Below, one piece after another: positions 24,901 through 40,240 of a stretch of DNA of 64,000 nucleotides. Source of the stretch: Eledone cirrhosa (lineage: Eukaryota); assembly GCA_964016885.1 (NCBI GenBank), contig OZ024744.1, positions 135,842,001 to 135,906,000 on the forward strand, read 5' to 3'. How positions within the stretch are numbered: position 1 is the first letter of the stretch; every line of letters starts with the position of its first letter. The notes beneath the pieces are model-generated. The model saw nothing but the letters and a program-made list of their open reading frames with translations, was not told the DNA's origin and made no database searches. Made by a program: the position numbers and the translations under genes.

Positions 24901-27900
24901 TAGATGAACTGCGAGAGAAACTAGTTATAAGAGGAATCAGATGTAGGAGAGGTGATTGTGTGTGTATAGACAGAGGATGTGTATAGATGAACTGAGAGAG
25001 AAACTAGGTTTAACAGGAATCAGATGTAGTGTGTAGGAGAGGAGACTGTGTTGGTATAGACATGTGATGTGTATGGATGAACTGAGAGAGAAACTAGGTA
25101 TAAGAGGAATCAGATGTAGTGTGTAGGAGAGGTGACTGTGTTAGTATAGACATGTGATGAACTGAGAGAGAAACTAGGTATAAGAGGAATCAGATGTAGT
25201 GTGTAGGAGAGGAGACTGTGTTGGTATAGACATGTGATGTGTAATGATGAACTGAGAGAGAAACTAGGTATAAGAGGAATCAGATGTAGTGTGTAGGAGA
25301 GGAGACTGTGTTGGTATAGACATGTGATGTGTATGGATGAACTGAGAGAGAAACTAGGTATAAGAGGAATCAGATGTAGTGTGTAGGAGAGGAGACTGTG
25401 TTGGTATAGACATGTGATGTGTATGGATGAACTGAGAGAGAAACTAGGTATAAGAGGAATCAGAGGTAGTGTGTAGGAGAGGAGACTGTGTTGGTATAGA
25501 CATGTGATGTGTATGGATGGACTGGGAGAGAAACTAGGTATAAGAGGAATCAGATGTAGGAGAGGTGATTGTGTTGGTATAGACATGGGATGTGTATAGA
25601 TGAACTGAGAGAGAAACTAGGTTTAAGAGGAATCAGATGTAGGAGAGGAGACTGTGTTTGTATAGACATGTGATGTGTATGGATGAACTGAGAGAGAAAC
25701 TAGGTTTAAGAGGAATCAGATGTAGGAGAGGAGACTGTGTTAGTAGAGACATGGAATGTGTATGGATGAACTGAGAAAGAAACTAGGTATATGAGGAATC
25801 AGATGTAGGAGAGGAGACTGTTAGTATAGACATGGGATGTGTATGGATGAACTGAGAGAGAAACTAGGTATAAGAGGAATCAGATGTAGGAGAGGAGACT
25901 GTGTTGGTATAGACATGTGATGTGTATGGATGAACTGAGAGAGAAACTAGGTATAAGAGGAATCAGATATAGTGTGTAGGAGAGGAGACTGTGTTGGTAT
26001 AGACATGTGATGTGTATAGATGAACTGAGAGAGAAACTAGTTGTAAGAGGAATCAAATGTAGGAGAGGAGACTGTGTTGGTATAGACAGGGGATGTGTAT
26101 AGATGAACTGAGAGAGAAACTAGGTTTAACAGGAATCAGATGTAGTGTGTAGGAGAGGAGACTGTGTTGGTATAGACATGTGATGTGTATGGATGAACTG
26201 AGAGAGAAACTAGGTATAAGAGGAATCAGATGTAGTGTGTAGGAGAGGTGACTGTGTTAGTATAGACATGTGATGAACTGAGAGAGAAACTAGGTATAAG
26301 AGGAATCAGATGTAGTGTGTAGGAGAGGAGACTGTGTTGGTATAGACATGTGATGAACAGAGATGAACAAGGTATAAGAGGAATCAGATGTAGTGTGTAG
26401 GAGAGGAGACTGTGTTGGTATAGACATGTGATGTGTAATGATGAACTGAGAGAGAAACTAGGTATAAGAGGAATCAGATGTAGTGTGTAGGAGAGGAGAC
26501 TGTGTTGGTATAGACATGTGATGTGTATGGATGAACTGAGAGAGAAACTAGGTATAAGAGGAATCAGATGTAGTGTGTAGGAGAGAAGATTGTGTTTGTA
26601 TAGACATGGGATGTGTATGGATGAAGTGAGAGGGAAACTAGGTATAAGAAGAATCAGATGTAGTGTGTAGGAGAGGAGACTGTTTGTATAGACATGTGAT
26701 GTGTATGGATGAACTGAGAGAGAAACTAGGTATAAGAAGAATCAGATGTAGTGTGTAGGAGAGGAGACTGTTTGTATAGACATGTGATGTGTATGGATGA
26801 ACTGGGAGAGAAACTAGGTATAAGAGGAATCAGATGTAGGAGAGGTGATTGTGTTGGTATAGACATGGGATGTGTATAGATGAACTGAGAGAGAAACTAG
26901 GTTTAAGAGGAATCAGATGTAGGAGAGGAGACTGTGTTAGTAGAGACATGGATTGTGTATGGATGAACTGAGAAAGAAACTAGGTGTAAGAGGAATCAGA
27001 TGTAGGAGAGGAGACTGTTAGTATAGACATGGGATGTGTATGGATGAACTGAGAGAGAAACTAGGTATAAGAGGAATCAGATGTAGGAGAGGAGACTGTG
27101 TTGGTATAGACATGTGATGTGTATGGATGAACTGAGAGAGAAACTAGGTATAAGAGGAATCAGATGTAGTGTGTAGGAGAGGAGACTGTGTTGGTATAGA
27201 CATGTGATGTGTATGGAGGAACTGAGAGAGAAACTAGGTATAAGAGGAATCAGATGTAGGAGAGGTGATTGTGTGGGTATAGACAGGGGATGTGTATAGA
27301 TGAACTGAGAGAGAAACTAGGTTTAACAGGAATCAGATGTAGTGTGTAGGAGAGGAGACTGTGTTGGTATAGACATGTGATGTGTATGGATGAACTGAGA
27401 GAGAAACTAGGTATAAGAGGAATCAGATGTAGTGTGTAGGAGAGGAGACTGTGTTGGTATAGACATGTGATGTGTATGGATGAACTGAGAGAGAAACTAG
27501 TTATAAGAGGAATCAGATGTAGTGTGTAGGAGAGGTGACTGTGTTAGTATAGACATGTGATGTGTAATGATGAACTGAGAGAGAAACTAGTTATAAGAGG
27601 AATCAGATGTAGTGTGTAGGAGAGGAGACTGTGTTGGTATAGACATGTGATGTGTATGGATGAAGTGAGAGGGAAACTAGGTATAAGAGGAATCAGATGT
27701 AGTGTGTAGGAGAGAAGACTGTCTTTGTATAGACATGGGATGTGTATGGATGAAGTGAGAGGGAAACTAGGTATAAGAAGAATCAGATGTAGTGTGTAGG
27801 AGAAGAGACTGTTTGTATAGACATGTGATGTGTATGGATGAACTGAGAGAGAAACTAGGTATAAGAAGAATCAGATGTAGTGTGTAGGAGAGCAGACTGT

Positions 27901-30900
27901 TTGTATAGACATGTGATGTGTATGGATGAACTGGGAGAGAAACTAGGTATAAGAGGAAACAGATGTAGGAGAGGTGATTGTGTTGGTATAGACATGGGAT
28001 GTGTATAGATGAACTGAGAGAGAAACTAGGTTTAAGAGGAATCAGATGTAGGAGAGGAGACTGTGTTAGTAGAGACATGGAATGTGTATGGATGAACTGA
28101 GACAGAAACTAGGTATAAGAGGAATCAGATGTAGGAAAGGAGACTGTGTTAGTATAGACATGGGATGTGTATGGATGAACTGAGAGAGAAACTAGGTATA
28201 AGAGGAATCAGATGTAGGAGAGGAGACTGTTAGTATAGACATGGGATGTGTATGGATGAACTGAGAGAGAAACTAGGTATAAGAGGAATCAGATGTAGGA
28301 CAGGAGACTGTGTTGGTATAGACAGGGGATGTGTATGGATGAACTAAGAAAGAAACTATGAATAACAGGAATCAGATGTAGTGTGTAGGAGAGGAGACTG
28401 TGTTGGTATAGACATGTGATGTGTATGGATGAACTGAGAGAGAAACTAGTTATAAGAGGAATCAGATGTAGGAGAGGTGATTGTGTGGGTATAGACAGGG
28501 GATGTGTATAGATGAACTGAGAGAGAAACTAGGTTTAACAGGAATCAGATGTAGTGTGTATGAGAGGAGACTGTGTTGGTATAGATATGTGATGAACAGA
28601 GATAAACAAGGTATAAGAGGAATCAGATGTAGTGTGTAGGATAGGAGACTGTGTTTGTATAGACATGGGATGTGTATGGATGAACTGAGAGAGAAACTAG
28701 GTTTAAAAGGAATCAGATGTAGTGCGTAGGAGAGGAGACTGTGTTGGTATAGACATGTGATGTGTATGGATGAACTGAGAGAGAAACTAGTTATGAGAGG
28801 AATCAGATGTAGTGTGTAGGAGAGGTGACTGTGTTAGTATAGACATGTGATGTGTATAGATGAAGTGAGAGAGAAACTAGGTATAAGAAGAATCAGATGT
28901 AGTGTGTAGGAGAGGAGACTGTTTGTATAGACCTGTGATGTGTATGGATGAACTGAGAGAGAAACTAGGTATAAGAGGAATCAGATGTAGTGTGTAGGAG
29001 AGGAGACTATTTGTATAGACATGTGATGTGTATGGATGAACTGAGAGAGAAACTAGGTATAAGAGGAATCAGATGTAGGAGAAGACACTGTGTTGGTATA
29101 GACAGGGGATGTGTATGGATGAACTAAGAAAGAAACTATGTATGACAGGAATCAGATGTAGTGTGTAGGAGAGGAGACCGTGTTTGTATAGACATGGGAT
29201 GTGTATGGATGAACTGAGAGAGAAACTAGGTATAAGAGGAATCAGATGTAGTTTGTAGGGGAGGAGACTGTGTTTGTATAGACATGGGATGTGTATGGAT
29301 GAACTAAGAAAGAAACTATGTATAACAGGAATCAGATGTAGTGTGTAGGAGAGGAGACTGTGTTGGTATAGACATGTGATGTGTATGGATGCACTAAGAG
29401 TGAAACTAGGTATAAGAGGAATCAGATGTAGTGTGTAGGAGAGAAGACTGTGTTTGTATAGACACGGGATGTGTATGGATGAACTGAGAGAGAAACTAGG
29501 TATAAGAGGAATCAGATGTAATGTGTAGGATAGGAGACTCTGTTTGTATAGACATGGGATGTGTATGGATGAACTGTGAGAGAAACTAGGTATAAGAGGA
29601 ATCAGATATAGGAGAGGAGACTGTGTTGGTTTAGACATGTGATGTGTATGGATGAACTGAGAGAGAAACTAGGTATAAGAGGAATCAGATGTAGGAGAGG
29701 AGACTGTGTTGGTATAGACATGTGATGTGTATGGATGAACTGAGAGAGAAACTAGGTATAAGAGGAATCAGATATAGGAGAGGAGACTGTGTTGGTTTAG
29801 ACATGTGATGTGTATGGATGAACTGAGAGAGAAACTAGGTATAAGAGGAATCAGATGTAGGAGAGGAGACTGTGTTGGTATAGACATGTGATGTGTATGG
29901 ATGAACTAAGAAAGAAACAATGTATAACAGGAATCAGATGTACTGTGTAGGAGAGGAGACTGTGTTGGTATAGACATGTGATGAACTGAGAGAAAAACTA
30001 TGTATAAGAGGAATCAGATGTAGTGTGTAGGAGAGGAGACTGTGTGGGTATAGACATGTGATGTGTATGGATGAGCTGAGAGATAAACTAGGTATAAGAG
30101 GAATCAGATGTAGTGTGTAGGAGAGGTGACTGTGTTAGTATAGACATCTGATGAACTGAGAGAGAAACTAGGTATAAGAGGAATCAGATGTAGTGTGTAG
30201 GAGAGGAGACTGTGTTGGTATAGACATGTGATGAACAGAGATGAACTGAGAGAGAAACTAGGTATAAGAGGAATCAGATGTAGTGTGTAGGAGAGGAGAC
30301 TGTGTTGGTATAGACATGTGATGAACAGAGATGAACTGAGAGAGAAACTAGGTTTAAGAGGAATCAGATGTAGGAGAGGAGACTGTGTTTGTATAGACAT
30401 GTGATGTGTATGGATGAACTGAGAGAGAAACTAGGTTTAAGAGGAATCAGATGTAGGAGAGGAGACTGTGTTAGTAGAGACATGGAATGTGTATGGATGA
30501 ACTGAGAAAGAATCTAGGTATATGAGGAATCAGATGTAGGAGAGGAGACTGTTAGTATAGACATGGGATGTGTATGGATGAACTGAGAGAGAAACTAGGT
30601 ATAAGAGGAATCAGATGTAGGAGAGGAGACTGTGTTGGTATAGACATGTGATGTGTATGGATGAACTGAGAGAGAAACTAGGTATAAGAGGAATCAGATA
30701 TAGTGTGTAGGAGAGGAGACTGTGTTGGTATAGACATGTGATGTGTATAGATGAACTGAGAGAGAAACTAGTTATAAGAGGAATCAGATGTAGGAGAGGT
30801 GATTGTGTGTGTATAGACAGGGGATGTGTATAGATGAACTGAGAGAGAAACTAGGTTTAACAGGAATCAGATGTAGTGTGTAGGAGAGGAGACTGTGTTG

Positions 30901-33900
30901 GTATAGACATGTGATGTGTATGGATGAACTGAGAGAGAAACTAGGTATAAGAGGAATCAGATGTAGTGTGTAGGAGAGGTGACTGTGTTAGTATAGACAT
31001 GTGATGAACTGAGAGAGAAACTAGGTATAAGAGGAATCAGATGTAGTGTGTAGGAGAGGAGACTGTGTTGGTATAGACATGTGATGAACAGAGATGAACT
31101 GAGAGAGAAACTAGGTATAAGAGGAATCAGATGTAGTGTGTAGGAGAGGAGACTGTCTTTCTATAGACATGTGATGTGTATAGATGAATTGAGAGAGAAA
31201 CTAGGTATAAGAGGAATCAGATGTAGTGTGTAGGAGAGGAGACTGTTTGTATAGACATGTAATGTGTATGGATGAACTGGGAGAGAAACTAGGTATAAGA
31301 GGAATCAGATGTAGGAGAGGTGATTGTGTTGGTATAGACATGGGATGTGTATAGATGAACTGAGAGAGAAACTAGGTTTAAGAGGAATCAGATGTAGGAG
31401 AGGAGACTGTGTTTGTATAGACATGTGATGTGTATGGATGAACTGAGAGAGAAACTAGGTTTAAGAGGAATTAGATGTAGTGTGTAGGAGAGGAGACTGT
31501 GTTGGTATAGACATGTGATGTGTATGGATGAACTGAGAAAGAAACTAGGTATAAGACGAATCAGATGTAGGAGAGGAGACTGTTAGTATAGACATGGGAT
31601 GTGTATGGATGAACTGAGAGAGAAACTAGGTATAAGAGGAATCAGATGTAGGAGAGGAGACTGTGTTGGTATAGACATGTGATGTGTATGGATGAACTGA
31701 GAGAGAAACTAGGTATAAGAGGAATCAGATATAGTGTGTAGGAGAGGAGACTGTGTTGGTATAGACATGTGATGTGTATAGATGAACTGAGAGAGAAACT
31801 AGTTATAAGAGGAATCAGATGTAGGAGAGGTGATTGTGTGGGTATAGACAGGGGATGTGTATAGATGAACTGAGAGAGAGACTAGGTTTAACCGGAATCA
31901 GATGTAGTGTGTAGGAGAGGAGACTGTGTTGGTATAGACATGTGATGTGTATGGATGAACTGAGAGAGAAACTAGGTATAAGAGGAATCAGATGTAGTGT
32001 GTAGGAGAGGAGACTGTGTTGGTATAGACATGGGATGTGTATGGATGAAGTGAGAGGGAAACTAGGTAGGAGAAGAATCAGATGTAGTGTGTAGGAGAGG
32101 AGACTGTTTGTATAGACATGTGATGTGTATGGATGAACTGAGAGAGAAACTAGGTATAAGAGGAATCAGATGTAGTGTGTAGGAGAGGAGACTGTGTTGG
32201 TATAGACATATGATGTGTATGGATGAAGTGAGAGAGAAACTAGGTATGAGAAGAATCAGATGTAGTGTGTAGGAGAGGAGACTGTTTGTATAGACATGTG
32301 ATGTGTATGGATGAACTGAGAGAGAAACTAGGTATAAGAAGAATCAGATGTAGTGTGTAGGAGAGGAGACTGTTTGTATAGACATGTGATGTGTATGGAT
32401 GAACTGGGAGAGAAACTAGGTATAAGAGGAATCAGATGTAGGAGAGGTGATTGTGTTGGTATAGACATGGGATGTGTATAGATGAACTGAGAGAGAAACT
32501 AGGTTTAAGAGGAATCAGATGTAGGAGAGGAGACTGTGTTTGTATAGACATGTGATGTGTATGGATGAACTGAGAGAGAAACTAGGTTTAAGAGGAATCA
32601 GATGTAGGAGAGGAGACTGTGTTAGTAGAGACATGGAATGTGTATGGATGAACTGAGAAAGAAACTAGGTATAAGACGAATCAGATGTAGGAGAGGAGAC
32701 TGTTAGCATAGACATGGGATGTGTATGGATGAACTGAGAGAGAAACTAGGTATAAGAGGAATCAGATGTAGGAGAGGAGACTGTGTTGGTATAGACATGT
32801 GATGTGTATGGATGAACTGAGAGAGAAACTAGGTATAAGAGGAATCAGATATAGTGTGTAGGAGAGGAGACTGTGTTGGTATAGACATGTGATGTGTATA
32901 GATGAACTGAGAGAGAAACTAGTTATAAGAGGAATCAGATGTAGGAGAGGTGATTGTGTGGGTATAGACAGGGGATGTGTATAGATGAACTGAGAGAGAA
33001 ACTAGGTTTAACAGGAATCAGATGTAGGAGAGGAGACTGTTTGTATAGACATGTGATGTGTATGGATGAACTGAGAGAGAAACTAGGTATATATAGGAAT
33101 CAGATGTAGTGTGTAGGAGAGGAGACTGTGTTGGTATAGACATGTGATGTGTATGGATGAACTGAGAGAGAAACTAGGTATAAGAGGAATCAGATGTAGT
33201 GTGTAGGAGAGGAGACTGTGTTGGTATAGACATGGGATGTGTATGGATGAAGTGAGAGGGAAACTAGGTATAACAGGAATCAGAGGTAGTGTGTAGGAGA
33301 GGAGACTGTGTTGGTATAGACATGTGATGTGTAATGATGAACTGAGAGAGAAACTAGGTATAAGAGGAATCAGATGTAGTGTGTAGGATAGGAGACTGTG
33401 TTGGTATAGACATGTGATGTGTATGGATGAAATGAGAGAGAAACTAGGTATAAGAGGAATCAGATGTAGTGTGTAGGAGAGAAGACTGTGTTTGTATAGA
33501 CATGGGATGTGTATGGATGAAGTGAGAGGGAAACTAGGTATAAGAAGAATCAGATGTAGTGTGTAGGAGAGGAGACTGTTTGTATAGACATGTGATGTTT
33601 ATGGATGAACTGAGAGAGAAACTAGGTATAAGAGGAATCAGATGTAGTGTGTAGGAGAGGAGACTGTGTTGGTATAGGCATGTGATGTGTATGGATAAAC
33701 TGAGAGAGAAACTAGGTATAAGAGGAATCAGATGTAGTGTGTAGGAGAGGAGACTGTGTTGGTATAGACATATGATGTGTATGGATGAAGTGAGAGAGAA
33801 ACTAGGTATGAGAAAAATCAGATGTAGTGTGTAGGAGAGGAGACTGTTTGTATAGACATGTGATGTGTATGGATGAACTGAGAGAGAAACTAGGTATAAG

Positions 33901-36900
33901 AAGAATCAGATGTAGTGTGTAGGAGAGGAGACTGTTTGTATAGACATGTGATATGTATGGATGAACTGGGAGAGAAACTAGGTATAAGAGGAATCAGATG
34001 TAGGAGAGGTGATTGTGTTGGTATAGACATGGGATGCGTATAGATGAACTGAGAGAGAAACTAGGTTTAAGAGGAATCAGATGTAGGAGAGGAGACTGTG
34101 TTTGTATAGACATGTGATGTGTATGGATGAACTGAGAGAGAAACTAGGTTTAAGAGGAATCAGATGTAGGAGAGGAGACTGTGTTAGTAGAGACATGGAA
34201 TGTGTATGGATGAACTGAGAAAGAATCTAGGTATATGAGGAATCAGATGTAGGAGAGGAGACTGTTAGTATAGACATGGGATGTGTATGGATGAACTGAG
34301 AGAGAAACTAGGTATAAGAGGAATCAGATGTAGGAGAGGAGACTGTGTTGGTATAGACATGTGATGTGTATGGATGAACTGAGAGAGAAACTAGGTATAA
34401 GAGGAATCAGATATAGTGTGTAGGAGAGGAGACTGTGTTGGTATAGACATGTGATGTGTATAGATGAACTGAGAGAGAAACTAGTTATAAGAGGAATCAG
34501 ATGTAGGAGAGGTGATTGTGTGTGTATAGACAGGGGATGTGTATAGATGAACTGAGAGAGAAACTAGGTTTAACAGGAATCAGATGTAGTGTGTAGGAGA
34601 GGAGACTGTGTTGGTATAGACATGTGATGTGTATGGATGAACTGAGAGAGAAACTAGGTATAAGAGGAATCAGATGTAGTGTGTAGGAGAGGTGACTGTG
34701 TTAGTATAGACATGTGATGAACTGAGAGAGAAACTAGGTATAAGAGGAATCAGATGTAGTGTGTAGGAGAGGAGACTGTGTTGGTATAGACATGTGATGA
34801 ACAGAGATGAACTGAGAGAGAAACTAGGTATAAGAGGAATCAGATGTAGTGTGTAGGAGAGGAGACTGTCTTTCTATAGACATGTGATGTGTATAGATGA
34901 ATTGAGAGAGAAACTAGGTATAAGAGGAATCAGATGTAGTGTGTAGGAGAGGAGACTGTTTGTATAGACATGTGATGTGTATGGATGAACTGGGAGAGAA
35001 ACTAGGTATAAGAGGAATCAGATGTAGGAGAGGTGATTGTGTTGGTATAGACATGGGATGTGTATAGATGAACTGAGAGAGAAACTAGGTTTAAGAGGAA
35101 TCAGATGTAGGAGAGGAGACTGTGTTTGTATAGACATGTGATGTGTATGGATGAACTGAGAGAGAAACTAGGTTTAAGAGGAATTAGATGTAGTGTGTAG
35201 GAGAGGAGACTGTGTTGGTATAGACATGTGATGTGTATGGATGAACTGAAAAAGAAACTAGGTATAAGACGAATCAGATGTAGGAGAGGAGACTGTTAGT
35301 ATAGACATGGGATGTGTATGGATGAACTGAGAGAGAAACTAGGTATAAGAGGAATCAGATGTAGGAGAGGAGACTGTGTTGGTATAGACATGTGATGTGT
35401 ATGGATGAACTGAGAGAGAAACTAGGTATAAGAGGAATCAGATATAGTGTGTAGGAGAGGAGACTGTGTTGGTATAGACATGTGATGTGTATAGATGAAC
35501 TGAGAGAGAAACTAGTTATAAGAGGAATCAGATGTAGGAGAGGTGATTGTGTGGGTATAGACAGGGGATGTGTATAGATGAACTGAGAGAGAAACTAGGT
35601 TTAACCGGAATCAGATGTGGTGTGTAGGAGAGGAGACTGTGTTGGTATAGACATGTGATGTGTATGGATGAACTGAGAGAGAAACTAGGTATAAGAGGAA
35701 TCAGATGTAGTGTGTAGGAGAGGAGACTGTGTTGGTATAGACATGTGATGTGTATGGATGAAGTGAGAGAGAAACTAGGTATGAGAAGAATCAGATGTAG
35801 TGTGTAGGAGAGGAGACTGTTTGTATAGACATGTGATGTGTATGTATGAACTGGGAGAGAAACTAGGTATAAGAGGAATCAGATGTAGGAGAGGTGATTG
35901 TGTTGGTATAGACATGGGATATGTATAGATGAACTGAGAGAGAAACTAGGTTTTAGAGGAATCAGATGTAGTGTGTAGGAGAGGAGACTGTGTTGGTATA
36001 GACATGTGATGTGTATGGATGAAGTGAGAGAGAAACTAGGTATGAGAAGAATCAGATGTAGTGTGTAGGAGAGGAGACTGTGTTTGTATAGACATGTGAT
36101 GTGTATGGATGAACTGAGAGAGAAACTAGGTTTAAGAGGAATCAGATGTAGTGTGTAGGAGAGGAGACTGTGTTGGTATAGACATGTGATGTGTATGGAT
36201 GAAGTGAGAGAGAAACTAGGTATGAGAAGAATCAGATGTAGTGTGTAGGAGAGGAGACTGTGTTTGTATAGACATGTGATGTGTATGGATGAACTGAGAG
36301 AGAAACTAGGTTTAAGAGGAATCAGATGTAGGAGAGGAGACTGTGTTAGTAGAGACATGGAATGTGTATGGATGAACTGAGAAAGAAACTAGGTATAAGA
36401 CGAATCAGATGTAGGAGAGGAGACTGTTAGTATAGACATGGGATGTGTATGGATGAACTGAGAGAGAAACTAGGTATAAGAGGAATCAGATGTAGGAGAG
36501 GAGACTGTGTTGGTATAGACATGTGATGTGTATGGATGAACTGAGAGAGAAACTAGGTATAAGAGGAATCAGATATAGTGTGTAGGAGAGGAGACTGTGT
36601 TGGTATAGACATGTGATGTGTATAGATGAACTGAGAGAGAAACTAGTTATAAGAGGAATCAGATGTAGGAGAGGTGATTGTGTGGGTATAGACAGGGGAT
36701 GTGTATAGATGAACTGAGAGAGAAACTAGGTTTAACAGGAATCAGATGTAGTGTGTAGGAGAGGAGACTGTGTTGGTATAGACATGTGATGTGTATGGAT
36801 GAACTGAGAGAGAAACTAGGTATAAGAGGAATCAGATGTAGTGTGTAGGAGAGGAGACTGTGTTGGTATAGACATGTGATGTGTATGGATGAAGTGAGAG

Positions 36901-39900
36901 AGAAACTAGGTATGAGAAGAATCAGATGTAGTGTGTAGGAGAGGAGACTGTTTGTATCGACATGTGATGTGTATGTATGAACTGGGAGAGAAACTAGGTA
37001 TAAGAGGAATCAGATGTAGGAGAGGTCATTGTGTTGGTATAGACATGGGATGTGTATAGATGAACTGAGAGAGAAACTAGGTTTAAGAGGAATCAGATGT
37101 AGGAGAGGAGACTGTGTTTGTATAGACATGTGATGTGTATGGATGAACTGACAGAGAAACTAGGTATAAGAGGAATCAGATGTAGGAGAGGAGACTGTTA
37201 GTATAGACATGGGATGTGTATGGATGAACTGAGAGAGAAACTAGGTATAAGAGGAATCAGATGTAGGACAGGAGACTGTGTTGGTATAGACAGGGGATGT
37301 GTATGGATGAACTAAGAAAGAAACTATGAATAACAGGAATCAGATGTAGTGTGTAGGAGAGGAGACTGTGTTTGTATAGACATGTGATGTGTATGGATAA
37401 ACTGAGAGAGAAACTAGTTATAAGAGGAATCAGATGTAGGAGAGGTGATTGTATGGGTATAGACAGGGGATGTGTATGGATGAACTGAGAGAGAAACTAG
37501 GTTTAACAGGAATCAGATGTAGCGTGTAGGAGAGGAGACTGTGTTGGTATAGACATGTGATGTGTATGGATGAACTGAGAGATAAACAAGGTAAAAGAGG
37601 AATCAGATGTAGTGTGTAGGAGAGGAGACTGTGTTGGTATAGATATGTGATGTGTATGGATGAACTGAGAGATAAACAAGGTAAAAGAGGAATCAGATGT
37701 AGTGTGTAGGAGAGGAGACTGTGTTGGTATAGAGATGTGATGAACTGAGATAAACAAGGTATAAGAGGAATCAGATGTAGTGTGTAGGATAGGAGACTGT
37801 GTTTGTATAGACATGGGATGTGTATGGATGAACTGAGAGAGAAACTAGGTATAAGAGGAATCAGATATAGGAGAGGAGACTGTGTTGGTATAGACATGTG
37901 ATGTGTATGGATGAACTGAGAGAGAAACTAGGTATAAGAGGAATCAGATGTAGGAGAGGAGACTGTGTTGGTATAGACATGTGATGTGTATGGATGAACT
38001 GAGAGAGAAACTAGGTATAAGAGGAATCAGATGTAGGAGAGGAGACTGTGTTGGTATAGACATGTGATGTGTATGGATAAACTGAGAGAGAAACTAGGTA
38101 TATATAGGAATCAGATGTAGTGTGTAGGAGAGGAGACTGTTTGTATAGACATGTGATGTGTATGGATGAACTGGGAGAGAAACTAGGTATAAGAGGAATC
38201 AGATGTAGGAGAGGTGATTGTGTTGGTATAGACATGTGATGTGTATAGATGAACTGAGAGAGAAACTAGTTATAAGAGGAATCAGATGTAGGAGAGGAGA
38301 CTGTTTGTATAGACATGTGATGTGTATGGATGAACTGAGAGAGAAACTAGGTATATATAGGAATCAGATGTAGTGTGTAGGAGAGGAGACTGTGTTGGTA
38401 TAGACATGTGATGTGTATGGATGAACTGAGAGAGAAACTAGGTATAAGAGGAATCAGATGTAGTGTGTAGGAGAGGAGACTGTGTTGGTATAGACATGTG
38501 ATGTGTATGGATGAAGTGAGAGAGAAACTAGGTATGAGAAGAATCAGATGTAGTGTGTAGGAGAGGAGACTGTTTGTATAGACATGTGATGTGTATGTAT
38601 GAACTGGGAGAGAAACTAGGTATAAGAGGAATCAGATGTAGGAGAGGTGATTGTGTTGGTATAGACATGGGATGTGTATAGATGAACTGAGAGAGAAACT
38701 AGGTTTAAGAGGAATCAGATGTAGGAGAGGAGACTGTGTTAGTAGAGACATGGAATGTGTATGGATGAACTGAGATAGAAACTAGGTATAAGAGGAATCA
38801 GATGTAGGAGAGGAGACTGTGTTGGTATAGACATGTGATGTGTATGGATGAACTGAGAGAGAAACTAGGTATAAGAGGAATCAGATGTAGTGTGTAGGAG
38901 AGGAGACTGTGTTGGTATAGACATGTGATGTGTATGGATGAACTGAGAGAGAAACTAATTATAAGAGGGATCAGATGTAGGAGAGGTGATTGTTTGGGTA
39001 TAGACATGGGAGGTGTATAGATGAACTGAGAGAGAAACTAGGTTTAACAGGAATCAGAGGTAGTGTGTAGGAGAGGAGACTGTGTTGGTATAGACATGTG
39101 ATGTGTAATGATGAACTGAGAGAGAAACTAGGTATAAGAGGAATCAGATGTAGTGTGTAGGATAGGAGACTGTGTTGGTATAGACATGTGATGTGTATGG
39201 ATGAAATGAGAGAGAAACTAGGTATAAGAGGAATCAGATGTAGTGTGTAGGAGAGAAGACTGTGTTTGTATAGACATGGGATGTGTATGGATGAAGTGAG
39301 AGGGAAACTAGGTATAAGAAGAATCAGATGTAGTGTGTAGGAGAGGAGACTGTTTGTATAGACATGTGATGTTTATGGATGAACTGAGAGAGAAACTAGG
39401 TATAAGAGGAATCAGATGTAGTGTGTAGGAGAGGAGACTGTGTTGGTATAGGCATGTGATGTGTATGGATAAACTGAGAGAGAAACTAGGTATAAGAGGA
39501 ATCAGATGTAGTGTGTAGGAGAGGAGACTGTGTTGGTATAGACATATGATGTGTATGGATGAAGTGAGAGAGAAACTAGGTATGAGAAAAATCAGATGTA
39601 GTGTGTAGGAGAGGAGACTGTTTGTATAGACATGTGATGTGTATGGATGAACTGAGAGAGAAACTAGGTATAAGAAGAATCAGATGTAGTGTGTAGGAGA
39701 GGAGACTGTTTGTATAGACATGTGATATGTATGGATGAACTGGGAGAGAAACTAGGTATAAGAGGAATCAGATGTAGGAGAGGTGATTGTGTTGGTATAG
39801 ACATGGGATGCGTATAGATGAACTGAGAGAGAAACTAGGTTTAAGAGGAATCAGATGTAGGAGAGGAGACTGTGTTTGTATAGACATGTGATGTGTATGG

Positions 39901-40240
39901 ATGAACTGAGAGAGAAACTAGGTTTAAGAGGAATCAGATGTAGGAGAGGAGACTGTGTTAGTAGAGACATGGAATGTGTATGGATGAACTGAGAAAGAAT
40001 CTAGGTATATGAGGAATCAGATGTAGGAGAGGAGACTGTTAGTATAGACATGGGATGTGTATGGATGAACTGAGAGAGAAACTAGGTATAAGAGGAATCA
40101 GATGTAGGAGAGGAGACTGTGTTGGTATAGACATGTGATGTGTATGGATGAACTGAGAGAGAAACTAGGTATAAGAGGAATCAGATATAGTGTGTAGGAG
40201 AGGAGACTGTGTTGGTATAGACATGTGATGTGTATAGATG
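24901..40240 (+). repeat. Large tandem duplication, copy 2 (15334 bp; lacks two 90-bp monomers present at ~9660-9840 in copy 1)
   Basis: Same offsets as copy 1. The match ends before ~40246, where the CTGCGAG variant expected from 24912 is absent. Confidence 0.92.
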